A stretch of 36,880 nucleotides of DNA from Calditrichaceae bacterium (GTDB taxonomy: Bacteria; Calditrichota; Calditrichia; Calditrichales; JBFXGD01), in contig JBFXLE010000031.1 of NCBI GenBank assembly GCA_050173015.1, positions 1 through 36,880 on the forward strand, written 5' to 3'. The translations under genes and the position numbers were made by a program. Position 1 is the stretch's first letter. The number at the start of each line of letters is the position of its first letter. Shown one piece after another: positions 18,665-29,076 of the stretch. Below the pieces are notes generated by a model. It was not told where the DNA came from and did no database searches. It saw only the letters and a program-made list of their open reading frames with translations.

Positions 18665-20404
18665 ATGCAGCAAACAAAGTTGATCCCGAAACTGATCACG
18701 GTTTTTAAAGAGGGATATACACAAAAGAATCTTGTTAATGATGTCATTGCGGGAGTTATTGTCGGTATTGTCGCCTTGCCCTTATCCATTGCCCTGGCCA
18801 TCGCCTCCGGCGTGAAACCGGAGCAGGGGCTTTACACGGCGGTCATCGCCGGATTTCTGATATCAGCGCTTGGCGGAAGCCGGTTTCAGATCGGCGGACC
18901 AACAGGCGCGTTCATCGTCATTGTATATAATATTGTTCAACAGTATGGATACGACGGTCTCGCTACCGCCACACTGATGGCGGGGGTTTTACTTATTCTG
19001 ATGGGTGTTTCGCGCCTGGGTTCAGTTATTAAATTTATTCCATATCCTTTGACGGTTGGTTTTACAAGTGGCATCGCGTTGATCATCGGTGTAAGTCAGT
19101 TTCGTGATTTTCTCGGTCTGACCATGGAAAATGTTCCCGCTGAGTTTCTTGAAAAATGTTTTGCCTACTCTGAAAACATCATGTCCGTAAATTTTTACGC
19201 GGTCGGAATTGGGCTGTTGTCCCTACTAATCATCGTCTATTGGTCGAGAGTCACAAAAAAAATACCCGGTTCATTAATCGCCATTCTTTTAGCTACCTTA
19301 CTCGTTCAGATGTTTAATCTGCCTGTAGAGACCATTGAATCACGCTTTGGCACGGTTTCAGGCAGTCTCCCCGCGCCGAGACTCCCGTCGATGAACTGGG
19401 ATCTCATTACCAGTCTTTCTTCACCGGCGCTGGCAATCGCTATTCTGGCGGGCATCGAATCACTGCTTTCCGCGGTGGTTGCCGACGGCATGACGGGCAC
19501 GCGACATCGTTCCAATATGGAACTGGTGGCCCAGGGAGTCGCGAACATTGCGTCTCCGATCTTTGGAGGCATCCCGGCAACCGGCGCCATCGCAAGGACG
19601 GCGACAAACATAAAAAATGGCGGGAGAACCCCGGTGGCGGGGATTGTTCACGCAATGACCATATTGGTTATCATACTGTTTTTTGGAAAATGGGCTTCAC
19701 TGATTCCGATGGCAACCTTATCGGCAATTTTGATCATGGTCGCATACAATATGAGCGAATGGCGACTTTTTGTCGGTTTGTTCCGTAGTCCCAAAGCCGA
19801 TGTCATGGTATTATTAACCAGTTTTCTGCTGACGGTTTTTGTAGATCTGACGGTAGCGATTGAGGTGGGTATTGTCCTTGCGGCATTGCTTTTTATGCAT
19901 CGTATGGCATCAGTTACTCAAGCGGGATATATTACAAAATCATTGAACGAAGAAGATGAAATCAATGATCCCAACGCCTTAAAAATCCGTTCTGTCCCCG
20001 ATGGTGTGGAAGTGTTCGAAATTTACGGCCCCTTTTTCTTCGGAGCGGCGGATCAGTTTAAGGATGCTCTCCGGATCGTTGATGCCATCCCGAAAGTGCT
20101 TATACTTAGGATGAGAGATGTATTAACGCTCGACGCCACAGCGTTGCGCGCCCTTGAGGATGTGTACAGAAAAACCGTGAAGGATGGAACCATTCTGATT
20201 CTCTCAGGAGTACATGCTCAGCCGTTGATTACGATAGAGCGATCCGGATTATTTGATTTGATCGGAGAGGAAAATGTACTGGGAAATATCGATTCTGCTC
20301 TGAACCGGGCCAGATCCATACTGGGAATACCGGAGATTAAAAGACCCGGACCCTTTGTTCCTACGGTTTCCAGGGAAAATGTGGAATCCGGTAGTTCAGC
20401 ATAG
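18665..20404 (+). CDS. SulP/SLC26 anion transporter with STAS domain
   Basis: [59 protein letters not shown]...LDAT. Confidence 0.93.
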   Translation: MQQTKLIPKLITVFKEGYTQKNLVNDVIAGVIVGIVALPLSIALAIASGVKPEQGLYTAVIAGFLISALGGSRFQIGGPTGAFIVIVYNIVQQYGYDGLATATLMAGVLLILMGVSRLGSVIKFIPYPLTVGFTSGIALIIGVSQFRDFLGLTMENVPAEFLEKCFAYSENIMSVNFYAVGIGLLSLLIIVYWSRVTKKIPGSLIAILLATLLVQMFNLPVETIESRFGTVSGSLPAPRLPSMNWDLITSLSSPALAIAILAGIESLLSAVVADGMTGTRHRSNMELVAQGVANIASPIFGGIPATGAIARTATNIKNGGRTPVAGIVHAMTILVIILFFGKWASLIPMATLSAILIMVAYNMSEWRLFVGLFRSPKADVMVLLTSFLLTVFVDLTVAIEVGIVLAALLFMHRMASVTQAGYITKSLNEEDEINDPNALKIRSVPDGVEVFEIYGPFFFGAADQFKDALRIVDAIPKVLILRMRDVLTLDATALRALEDVYRKTVKDGTILILSGVHAQPLITIERSGLFDLIGEENVLGNIDSALNRARSILGIPEIKRPGPFVPTVSRENVESGSSA

Positions 20405-20624
20405 AATTTTTGAATTATTTAGAAAATTTATTATTTATTGATGTAATTAATCCGAATATTTTATTTTTTGTGAAAAAATATTCAAATATTTTGTGTATTT
20501 AATATTTTCTGTTATATATTACCACTATTTATATAGTATCGCAGGGGGGGAAACAGTAACAATTGTCCAATAGGATGGGTTGTATATGTTTTTGACATGA
20601 TTATACTAACTGTTAGGAGTTGTT

Positions 20625-22004
20625 ATGAGATCATTTGTATTATGGATTTTCTTATCCCTTCTCACTGCATCTGTTCTTTGGGCGGGTGACCATAGTGAGT
20701 ATATTCAGGGTCCTTTTGAGAATCCACAGCAGGTCACAGAAGCCTGTCTCGCCTGTCATGAAGATGCCGCTACCGAAGTTATGGCATCGGCGCACTGGAC
20801 GTGGCTGTCGGATCAGCCTGTTTTAGTGCCCGGCCATGATCAGGCATTGAAGCTTGGCAAGAAAAATTTGTTTAATAATTTTTGCATCAGCCTAAGCTCC
20901 AACTGGGCGCGTTGTACGAGTTGTCATGTAGGCTACGGCTGGAAGGATGACAGTTTTGATTTTACAGATCAAAAAAATGTAGATTGCCTTGTTTGTCACG
21001 ATAATACCAATACCTATAAGAAAAAACCGACGGGAGCGGGATACCCCGAAGAGAATGTTGATTTATTATATGTGGCGAAGAATGTCGGACAATCCACACG
21101 TTCCACCTGTGGAACCTGTCACTTTTATGGCGGCGGAGGTGAAAACGTCAAACACGGTGATCTGGAACCCGGGTTAAATATGCCAGATAATAAGCTGGAT
21201 GTTCATATGGGTAAATTGGGCATGAATTGCCAGGATTGTCATAAAGTTGAAAACCATGTGATTAAGGGAATCGCGCTTTCAGTGAGTTCTCAGGCTGAAG
21301 ACAGGCAGGTTGAATGTACGGATTGTCATGAATCAAATCCGCATAACTCTGAAATTTTAAACACCCATTATGAAAAAGTCGCTTGTCAGACTTGCCATAT
21401 CCCTGAATACGCGAAAGAATTACCGACAAAAGTATATTGGGACTGGTCCACCTCCGGTTCGGATAAAGAAATTCCAAAGGATAAATTCGGGAAACCGACT
21501 TATGACAAGAAAAAAGGGGATTTCCGCTGGGATAAAAATATTCAGCCCGAATACCTTTGGTATAACGGCAACACAGAAAGATATCTTCTTGGGGATAAAG
21601 TGAACAGTGAGGGAGTTACTCATTTGAACTATCCTTTAGGTGATAAAAATGACCCCGATGCTAAAATTTATCCGTTTAAGGTCCATCGCGGTAAACAGAT
21701 ATCGGATAAGCAAAACGGGTATCTCATCGTGCCAAAATTATTTGGAGGCTTCTGGAAACATTACGACTGGAATATCGCGTCAAAAGATGGTATGGAAACC
21801 ATTGGCCTGGCATATTCCGGCAAATATGAATTTGTCGATACAGACATGTTTTGGCGGGTAAATCATGAAATTTCTGAAAAAGAACAAGCTCTGAAATGCC
21901 TTGATTGTCATGGAGAGAGCAGCCGGCTTAACTGGGAAGCACTAGGTTATTCCGAAAATCCGGTTTCAGAAGATGAAGTCAGGGAATTAATGGGATCACA
22001 CTAG
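20625..22004 (+). CDS. otr: Octaheme c-type cytochrome, tetrathionate reductase (OTR) family
   Basis: Signal peptide; 8 CxxCH (CLACH, CTSCH, CLVCH, CGTCH, CQDCH, CTDCH, CQTCH, CLDCH); GKKN..NNFC..SN..RCTSCH.GYG and CHFYGGGG..VKHGD signatures. Confidence 0.9.
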   Translation: MRSFVLWIFLSLLTASVLWAGDHSEYIQGPFENPQQVTEACLACHEDAATEVMASAHWTWLSDQPVLVPGHDQALKLGKKNLFNNFCISLSSNWARCTSCHVGYGWKDDSFDFTDQKNVDCLVCHDNTNTYKKKPTGAGYPEENVDLLYVAKNVGQSTRSTCGTCHFYGGGGENVKHGDLEPGLNMPDNKLDVHMGKLGMNCQDCHKVENHVIKGIALSVSSQAEDRQVECTDCHESNPHNSEILNTHYEKVACQTCHIPEYAKELPTKVYWDWSTSGSDKEIPKDKFGKPTYDKKKGDFRWDKNIQPEYLWYNGNTERYLLGDKVNSEGVTHLNYPLGDKNDPDAKIYPFKVHRGKQISDKQNGYLIVPKLFGGFWKHYDWNIASKDGMETIGLAYSGKYEFVDTDMFWRVNHEISEKEQALKCLDCHGESSRLNWEALGYSENPVSEDEVRELMGSH

Positions 22005-22185
22005 ACGTTTTTTTGATTCGTCTTGTTACATTGGTTTTCAGTCATAATCAAACTGAGGCTGTTCCCGGATACCTTGAAATGTGATAAGTTTGCCGATTAT
22101 TTATGTATTATCCCCATTCAATGCATAACGGGAACATCATATTGGTTTACCGGGGGCAGTCTCATTTTTTTGCCGGAGAGGGTTT

Positions 22186-23088
22186 TTGTATTTAATAACT
22201 GAATTTAAGGGTGAATTTTCCGCCTTGATTGCTGCCCTGCTCTGGGCAATCGCTTCGGTCATGTTTGCTCATCTCGGTCGTTTTTTTTCATCCATCCAGT
22301 TAAATCTCATAAAAGGCGTTGTCGCGTTTTTTCTTATATTTCTGACTATTGTTCCGGGTGGAGAACTTTCCGGAAATATACAGATCTATCCGTTTTTGAT
22401 CCTCCTGTTAAGCGGAGTAATAGGAATTGGCCTGGGAGATACGGCCTATTTTGAGTCTTTGAAATATATTGGCGCGAGACGGGCATTGCTTGTTCAGACG
22501 ATTTCACCACCTCTCGCCGCTTTTATTGCTCTGATATTTCTGGATGAAAAACTGGCGTTCAACGCGTGGCTCGGAATTCTGATTACAATATCCGGAGTCG
22601 CCTGGGTTATCACCGACAGAACGGGAGATACCGGCCGGCATTCGTCTCACCTTATGCGTGGCGTTGCTTTTGCGCTATTGGCCGCTCTCGGACAGGCGAG
22701 TGGCGCGGTCATCTCTCATGCTGTACTTATAAATACGGAAATCAGTCCTCTCTTCAGCACACTAATCAGGCTGGCCGGCGGGATCATTGTCCTCCTGTTT
22801 TGGATTCCGTTTTACAAAGGGCGGAAATCAATCCGTAAAATAGAAAACAAAAGAAAAGTCTTTAGCTTAACATTTCTGGCCATTTTTATCGGAACCTATC
22901 TTGGCCTATGGCTTTTGCAGATTTCTCTAAAATATGCGGATGTGGGAATCAGCCAGACTCTAGTGTTTACCAGCCCGATTTTTATTCTTCCGATAGCGGC
23001 GCGTATGGGTGAAAAAATATCAATGAGAGCCGTATTCGGCGCGTTGATCGCTTTAACAGGGATCGCGCTTCTGTTCCTGAAAGTCTGA
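22186..23088 (+). CDS. DMT/EamA family transporter
   Basis: About 10 TM in two repeats; SGVIGIGLGDTAYF, IFLDEKL, GEKIS motifs. Confidence 0.88.
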   Translation: MYLITEFKGEFSALIAALLWAIASVMFAHLGRFFSSIQLNLIKGVVAFFLIFLTIVPGGELSGNIQIYPFLILLLSGVIGIGLGDTAYFESLKYIGARRALLVQTISPPLAAFIALIFLDEKLAFNAWLGILITISGVAWVITDRTGDTGRHSSHLMRGVAFALLAALGQASGAVISHAVLINTEISPLFSTLIRLAGGIIVLLFWIPFYKGRKSIRKIENKRKVFSLTFLAIFIGTYLGLWLLQISLKYADVGISQTLVFTSPIFILPIAARMGEKISMRAVFGALIALTGIALLFLKV

Positions 23089-23375
23089 ATTATGATATTC
23101 TACAATGAATTATTTTCAAACCGATAAGTGTTGAAATCAGAGAAACATTAAACTTCAATATTTCAGAACCGAATTTTTCTCAAAAAAATATATACGGTGG
23201 CACTAATCCATTTATTTTCTATTTTTAAAAACACTTTTTTTATATATTTTAATATTTAAGAAATAATATAAGAAATTTAGAAAAAATCATTATTATGCGC
23301 GGCGGTGTTTAGTTCTATGCAACAATCGCTCAAAATCTGAGTTTCTATTGATTGATAAACTAGGGTAGGTATTAA

Positions 23376-26174
23376 ATGGGACTCCGTATGAGTATAGAAA
23401 AACAATCAGTAATTATTCATAAAATCGCTTATAGTGTTCTTGTTTTTTTTCTTCTTTTTCTTGCGGGTATTAATTTTTACAGGTATATCAGTCTTCCAAC
23501 GGATGAAAACTGGTTTACCAACCCTCCATCGCGATTTTCCGTCACAAACATATCGCCGGATTCATTAAAAAACCGGGATGAATTTCCAAAGAATGGTGAT
23601 TTGCTGGTATCAATTAATAAAAACAAGTTTCAAAACAGTGATGAACTTGCCAATTATCTGGCGGCAATTTCAAGTGATTCGATCATCAGTATAGAACTTT
23701 TGCGACCGGTGCTGAATAAAAAAATAAATATCAATATACGCCGGCGGTCTTTACCGGACAGTTTTTTGATAGAATTACCAAATTTCGTTTATGTATTTGA
23801 CGTGACAGCAGGTGGCGCGTCAGACCGCGCGGGGATGAAGAAGGGTGATCTGATTTATAAAATAAATGGTCAGAGTTTTACAAATTCGATGGAAGCGGAT
23901 AGGATACTTCGTCTTGGGCAGAGCGGAAAAGCAATAACATATGAGATATTCCGCGAGAATCGTCCGATGACACTCAATGTCATTCTCAGTATTATTGGTG
24001 TCAGTATCGCCGGTATTACTATATTTTTATGCGGTATTGTCTATATCTTAATAGGCGCGTTTATTCTATTAAAGAGACATCATTTAAAAGCCGCGCGCTA
24101 TCTTGGGCTCGGAATAATATTGATCGGTTATTTTTTATCTGTCATCTTTAATTTACGGGATATTCAAACGGATTTAGTATCAGTATTACGTGACAGTATG
24201 CTGGCTGCGGGTTTCATTTTTGGAACGGCAAGCTGGCTGCACAGCGGATATTATTTTCCGATAGAAATCACCGCGATTACCAAAAAGAGATGGCCCACGC
24301 TCGCATTGTACAGTACAGCCCTCTTGACAATGGTTTTAGCTTTTTTAATATACCGACGGATCATTTCAGTCAATTTAAATGCATTACTTTTTATTGTTAT
24401 TATATTATTTGGCCTCATAAACGGATTTATAAAACTGCGTTTTCGTAAATTTCGCGATCCTCAAAGTAAAAAATTATCCAAAATTATCCATTGGACCGGA
24501 ATAGCTGTGGTGATACTGTCTCCTTCCATAATATTATATACATATATCACTAATCAGTCGCAAAACATTGGCTATCTTGGCATTCCGCTTGTTTTGATTC
24601 CGCTGGCTTATCTGTACACCATAGGCCGCTACCGTTTGCTGGATCTTCAGATAAGGGTCCGCAAGAATATTCAATACAGCGTAGTCACATTTATCTGGAT
24701 TATCTTTTTAAGTATTTTTTCCGTCTATTTTCTAATCTCCTTTGCCGGATTTGAATTTAATCTGCCCAATATACGATTAAGCGAAACATTAATTGAAGTT
24801 CTTGATCAGCCTGCTCCGGCAGAAAAATTAATAATTGAGGAACGTTTTCTGTTCATGATTTTAGCCGTGGCTTTTTTTGCCGGAATCTGGCGTTTTGGAA
24901 AATTCGGACAGGGTCTGATCAACCAAAAATACTATCGTTCCGGATATGATTACCGGCATGCGGCAAAGCAATTGGGCGAAATGATGCAAAATAACCTGAA
25001 CATGGAAGAACTGGCCCGGGGTATGGCAGAGAAACTTTCCAAATTAATGCATCTCAAACGTATCGGTGTACTGTTTTTTAAAAATGAGACCGGATGCTGC
25101 TGTCAGGAGTTTCAGGGTTTTGACGGGAGGGAATGGTCCGAATCATGCATCAGGGCGGAACATGAAATTATAGAAGCGGTGAAATCGTATAAGGCGCCCG
25201 TGAATGTAGGCAGTCTGCCGCCGCTGGTGAGTGCAATTTTTTATGAGTATCAATTTTATCATGTTATTCCCATACATTCGAAGGAAAAGTTAGTGGGACT
25301 TTTTCTTGTCGGCGAAAAACTATCGGAATCACCTTTTTATCAGGATGATTTTGAATTTCTGTCTTCCGCGGCAAAGCAGGCATCCGTCTCCATTGAGAAT
25401 GCCTTTCTTTACAGTGAACTTGCCGAACAGGAAAGAATGAAACATGAGCTGAAAATAGCCCGCCAAATACAGATAAGTTCACTTCCTCAGACCACACCCG
25501 ATATAGACGGTCTGGATATCGCAAGCGTATCGATACCGGCTACTGAAGTCGGAGGAGATTATTTTGACTACCTGAACGGATTAGATGATGAATTAATGGT
25601 CATCGTCGGTGATGTAAGCGGGAAAGGGACATCCGCCGCGCTATATATGTCAAAATTGCAGGGAATATTTCGTTCTCTAAATGCTTTCCATCTGTCGCCG
25701 AAGGATTTGTTTCTGAGGGCAAATAAAATTCTCTCCATAGATCTTGAGAAAAAATCTTTTGTCACCGCAATCGGAGCGTTGTTTGACCTTGACAAAAGAA
25801 GAATCCGGCTTGCAAGAGCAGGGCATTTGCCGTTATATCACTATAAAGCGAAAGATAATAAGATTAGCGAGCTTATCCCCGAAGGATTAGGTCTTGGGCT
25901 TGGTAATCCCGACTTGTTTGATGAAATGTTGACTGAGGTTGAATTTAGTTTTGATTCAAATGATATTTTTGTGTTCTTAACCGACGGACTTACGGAAGCA
26001 TTTAATTCGACCGGAAGTGAGTTCGGGGAAGAGAAAATGCTCACAGAAATTATGAAGAGTCCGGAGCTTCCCGCCAGACAGATCTGTGATAATCTGATTT
26101 CCAGTGTAAGGGCGTTTACGGGAACCGACCTTCAAATGGATGATATCACTCTGGTGATTGTGAAAATAGTATAA
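23376..26174 (+). CDS. Membrane SpoIIE/RsbU-type PP2C phosphatase with two extracytoplasmic PDZ-like domains, multi-TM region and GAF domain
   Basis: PDZ-like KNGDLLVSIN and GGASDRAGMKKGDLIYKING; about 9 TM; GAF (VIPIHSKEKLVG...SIENA); PP2C EVGGDYFD, GDVSGKG, RAGH, TDGLTEA, DDITLV. Confidence 0.88.
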   Translation: MGLRMSIEKQSVIIHKIAYSVLVFFLLFLAGINFYRYISLPTDENWFTNPPSRFSVTNISPDSLKNRDEFPKNGDLLVSINKNKFQNSDELANYLAAISSDSIISIELLRPVLNKKININIRRRSLPDSFLIELPNFVYVFDVTAGGASDRAGMKKGDLIYKINGQSFTNSMEADRILRLGQSGKAITYEIFRENRPMTLNVILSIIGVSIAGITIFLCGIVYILIGAFILLKRHHLKAARYLGLGIILIGYFLSVIFNLRDIQTDLVSVLRDSMLAAGFIFGTASWLHSGYYFPIEITAITKKRWPTLALYSTALLTMVLAFLIYRRIISVNLNALLFIVIILFGLINGFIKLRFRKFRDPQSKKLSKIIHWTGIAVVILSPSIILYTYITNQSQNIGYLGIPLVLIPLAYLYTIGRYRLLDLQIRVRKNIQYSVVTFIWIIFLSIFSVYFLISFAGFEFNLPNIRLSETLIEVLDQPAPAEKLIIEERFLFMILAVAFFAGIWRFGKFGQGLINQKYYRSGYDYRHAAKQLGEMMQNNLNMEELARGMAEKLSKLMHLKRIGVLFFKNETGCCCQEFQGFDGREWSESCIRAEHEIIEAVKSYKAPVNVGSLPPLVSAIFYEYQFYHVIPIHSKEKLVGLFLVGEKLSESPFYQDDFEFLSSAAKQASVSIENAFLYSELAEQERMKHELKIARQIQISSLPQTTPDIDGLDIASVSIPATEVGGDYFDYLNGLDDELMVIVGDVSGKGTSAALYMSKLQGIFRSLNAFHLSPKDLFLRANKILSIDLEKKSFVTAIGALFDLDKRRIRLARAGHLPLYHYKAKDNKISELIPEGLGLGLGNPDLFDEMLTEVEFSFDSNDIFVFLTDGLTEAFNSTGSEFGEEKMLTEIMKSPELPARQICDNLISSVRAFTGTDLQMDDITLVIVKIV

Positions 26175-26231
26175 AATTAAAATTATCAATATTCTCACTG
26201 AGACTCTCCTATAACATTTTCCGGGGACAAT

Positions 26232-27125
26232 ATGGAAGAATTTATTAACAAGTGGCTCTTTGATCCAACTACTGGGAAGCTGATCACATTAGTTATCGGT
26301 GTTTTAGTGATTATTGTTTTTGTGAGATTCCTTCAAAAATCTCTTTCACGCTACATCAAAGAAACCGATAACCGTTACCGCGCGCGCAAATTTATATCAT
26401 TTATTGGATATATCGCGGTGGTTTTACTGGTATCCACCGTATATAGTGATAAGTTGGGCGGATTAACCGTTGCATTGGGAGTTGCCGGCGCCGGAATCGC
26501 TTTTGCTCTGCAGGAAGTGATCGCGAGTGTCGCAGGTTGGTTTGCCATTTCCTTCGCGAATTTTTACAAAACTGGAGATCGGGTTCTGTTAGGCGGGATC
26601 AAAGGTGATGTAATCGACATCGGAGTCTTGAGAACCACGATTATGGAAATAGGGGACTGGGTCAAGGGTGATTTATATAACGGGCGGGTAGTTCGAATCG
26701 CCAACAGCTTTGTTTTTAAAGAACCGGTTTTTAATTATTCCGGCGATTTTCCCTTTTTGTGGGATGAGATTGCTATCCCGGTCAGGCATGGCTGCGATCA
26801 TGAACAATCACGCGCGTTATTCAGAAAGGCGGCTGTAGATATTATCGGTGATTATACCGGGGATGCTCAGAAGTCCTGGAACGGATTGGTTAAAAAATAT
26901 ATGATCGAAGACGCTGCTATTGAACCGGTTGTTACTTTGACCTTTGATGAAAACTGGATGACCTTTACCATACGTTATGTGGTGGAATTCAAAAAAAGAA
27001 GAATAACCAAGGACAGACTGTTTTCGCGAATACTCGATGAAATCAGTAAGACAAACGGCGAAATCACCATTGCCTCTGCGGCGATGGAAATAAGCTTGAC
27101 TAATCCCGCCTCGCCGTCAAAATAA
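26232..27125 (+). CDS. Small-conductance mechanosensitive channel (MscS family)
   Basis: LGVAGAGIAFALQE, YKTGDRV, GDVIDIGVLRTT, GRVVRIANS, VFNYS. Confidence 0.9.
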   Translation: MEEFINKWLFDPTTGKLITLVIGVLVIIVFVRFLQKSLSRYIKETDNRYRARKFISFIGYIAVVLLVSTVYSDKLGGLTVALGVAGAGIAFALQEVIASVAGWFAISFANFYKTGDRVLLGGIKGDVIDIGVLRTTIMEIGDWVKGDLYNGRVVRIANSFVFKEPVFNYSGDFPFLWDEIAIPVRHGCDHEQSRALFRKAAVDIIGDYTGDAQKSWNGLVKKYMIEDAAIEPVVTLTFDENWMTFTIRYVVEFKKRRITKDRLFSRILDEISKTNGEITIASAAMEISLTNPASPSK

Positions 27126-27177
27126 ATGTCGATCTAAAAGGTATTTCTACCAGAATCACCAGAATTTTAAATAATTC

Positions 27178-27206
27178 TTGCATAAAACACCGTATAAACC
27201 TATAAT
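27178..27206 (+). promoter_or_regulatory. Putative sigma70 promoter
   Basis: TTGCAT (27178-27183) - 17 nt - TATAAT (27201-27206). Confidence 0.6.
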
Positions 27207-27394
27207 AATGTTACCGTTATACTTGATATTGACTCACAAATTCTAAGGTGTAAGACTTCAGCTGTTCCGAAAATTCGGTTTCAGGATTTTCGATTAGCTA
27301 CCCCATTCCTTCTCAGAACTAACGGTTCTGCAAATACGCTTCTAGTTCAAGGTTAAAGATAGAAAGTTAAAACTTCATCGAAACGGGAGGTAAT

Positions 27395-28903
27395 ATGGAC
27401 ACTTTTTTAACTCAGATCACCGATTTGGTTGGAGCTTATGTGCCAAATCTTATCGGCGCTGTTCTAATTCTTGTTATTGGCTGGATAATCGCTCTGATCG
27501 TATCCGCGGGATTCCGGGCGGTCATAAAAAAAACAGGTTTGGATAAAAAAATGATGGGCTGGATCAGCGGCGGTGAGGAAGATAAGGAAGTCCCGTTCGC
27601 GAAGTATATCTCTAAAACAATTTTTTACCTGATCATGTTGTTCGTTCTTATCGCTTTTTTTCAAACCCTGGGGCTGACGATTATTACCGAACCCCTGAAT
27701 GATTTGTTGAGCAAAGTATTCGAATACGTGCCGCAAATCCTGGCTGCGGGTCTGCTGCTGCTGGTTGCCTGGATTATCGCCAGTTTGTTAAGGTTTGGTA
27801 TTACGCGTCTTCTCACAGCTGTAAAATTGGACGAAAAAATTAGCGATCAAACAGGGGTTGAAGGGCAAAAAAGTGTACCGATATCAAAAACCCTGGCAGG
27901 AGCGGCATACTGGCTTATTTTCCTGTTGTTTCTTCCGGCAATTCTGGACACACTCCGGATTGACGGCTTGTTATCGCCGGTACAGCAGATGATCAATGAA
28001 ATATTAACATTTCTACCCAATATATTTACCGGACTCATTATCCTGCTGATAGGCTGGTTTTTTGCGACAATATTGAGAAAAATCGTCACCAATCTTTCAG
28101 CCGCTGTCGGTGTTGATCGTCTGAGCCAAAATGTCGGGCTTGATAATGTTCTTGGCAGTCAACAGTTTTCCGGCTTGCTCGGGCTGATAGTATATGTGCT
28201 GATTTTAATTCCTGTACTTATTGCCGCGCTTGAAGCAATGGCCATCGATGCCATCACACACCCGGCAATGAATATGCTCAATATGATGTTCAGCGCGTTG
28301 CCGGCGCTCTTTGCAGCTGTTTTGATCCTTTTGATATCTTATATCGTTGGTAAAATTTTATCCGCGCTGGTTGTCAATTTGCTTAGCGGAATCGGTTTTA
28401 ACAAAATATGGGTAAAGCTCGGATTTTCACGCGAAGAAATGACCGACCAGAAAACCCCATCGGATTTTATAGGTTATATCGTGTTAATAGCCATCATGTT
28501 TTTTGCGCTGATCGAAGCTTTTAATATTCTTAAATTTGATTTGCTGGCTGATCTATTTGCACAATTCACGGTGTTCGCGGGTCAAATTCTTGTCGGAATT
28601 ATTATATTGGGTATCGGTGTATTTTTTGCGAATCTTGCCGCTAACAAGATCAAAGAAAGCGAGAGTAATTACGCGGCATTTTTATCAATATTGACCCGAA
28701 TCGCAATTCTTGTTCTGGTGGGATCAATGGCGTTGCAGCAGATGGGATTCGGAGAGGAAATCATTGTGCTCGCTTTCGGAATTACTCTCGGGGCGATAGC
28801 CATTTCTTTTGCCATCGCTTTCGGAATCGGCGGCAGGGATATCGCGTCGACCCAGTTAAAAAATTGGATGGAAACAATCAGGACAGGAAAATCGGGAAAA
28901 TAG
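27395..28903 (+). CDS. TM_helix-repeat membrane protein (CmpX-like, MscS-TM related)
   Basis: Five repeats of about 95 aa starting YVPNLIGA / YVPQILAA / FLPNIFTG / ALPALFAA / FAGQILVG; ends AIAFGIGGRDIA; GGGAGGT RBS. Confidence 0.8.
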   Translation: MDTFLTQITDLVGAYVPNLIGAVLILVIGWIIALIVSAGFRAVIKKTGLDKKMMGWISGGEEDKEVPFAKYISKTIFYLIMLFVLIAFFQTLGLTIITEPLNDLLSKVFEYVPQILAAGLLLLVAWIIASLLRFGITRLLTAVKLDEKISDQTGVEGQKSVPISKTLAGAAYWLIFLLFLPAILDTLRIDGLLSPVQQMINEILTFLPNIFTGLIILLIGWFFATILRKIVTNLSAAVGVDRLSQNVGLDNVLGSQQFSGLLGLIVYVLILIPVLIAALEAMAIDAITHPAMNMLNMMFSALPALFAAVLILLISYIVGKILSALVVNLLSGIGFNKIWVKLGFSREEMTDQKTPSDFIGYIVLIAIMFFALIEAFNILKFDLLADLFAQFTVFAGQILVGIIILGIGVFFANLAANKIKESESNYAAFLSILTRIAILVLVGSMALQQMGFGEEIIVLAFGITLGAIAISFAIAFGIGGRDIASTQLKNWMETIRTGKSGK

Positions 28904-29076
28904 CCGGAAATAGTTCTATGCTACTATAAATAAACCGATAAACGGTATTGAAAAATATATAATTTGTTTGATCTGTCGGAATGATTGAATTAATATAAAG
29001 CGTTCTTTGAATTGATCATCAGAAGAATCGATTCGTAAGCTGTGGAACAGTCTCCTAAATTATTCGAGAGGTTGGT

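Noticed and set aside
20544..20550. G7 tract upstream of otr as a phase-variation switch
   Set aside because: Short, and not demonstrably within a promoter spacer; needs read-level length variation
28904..29076. M-box (Mg2+) riboswitch before corA
   Set aside because: No recognisable M-box consensus or terminator/antiterminator pair
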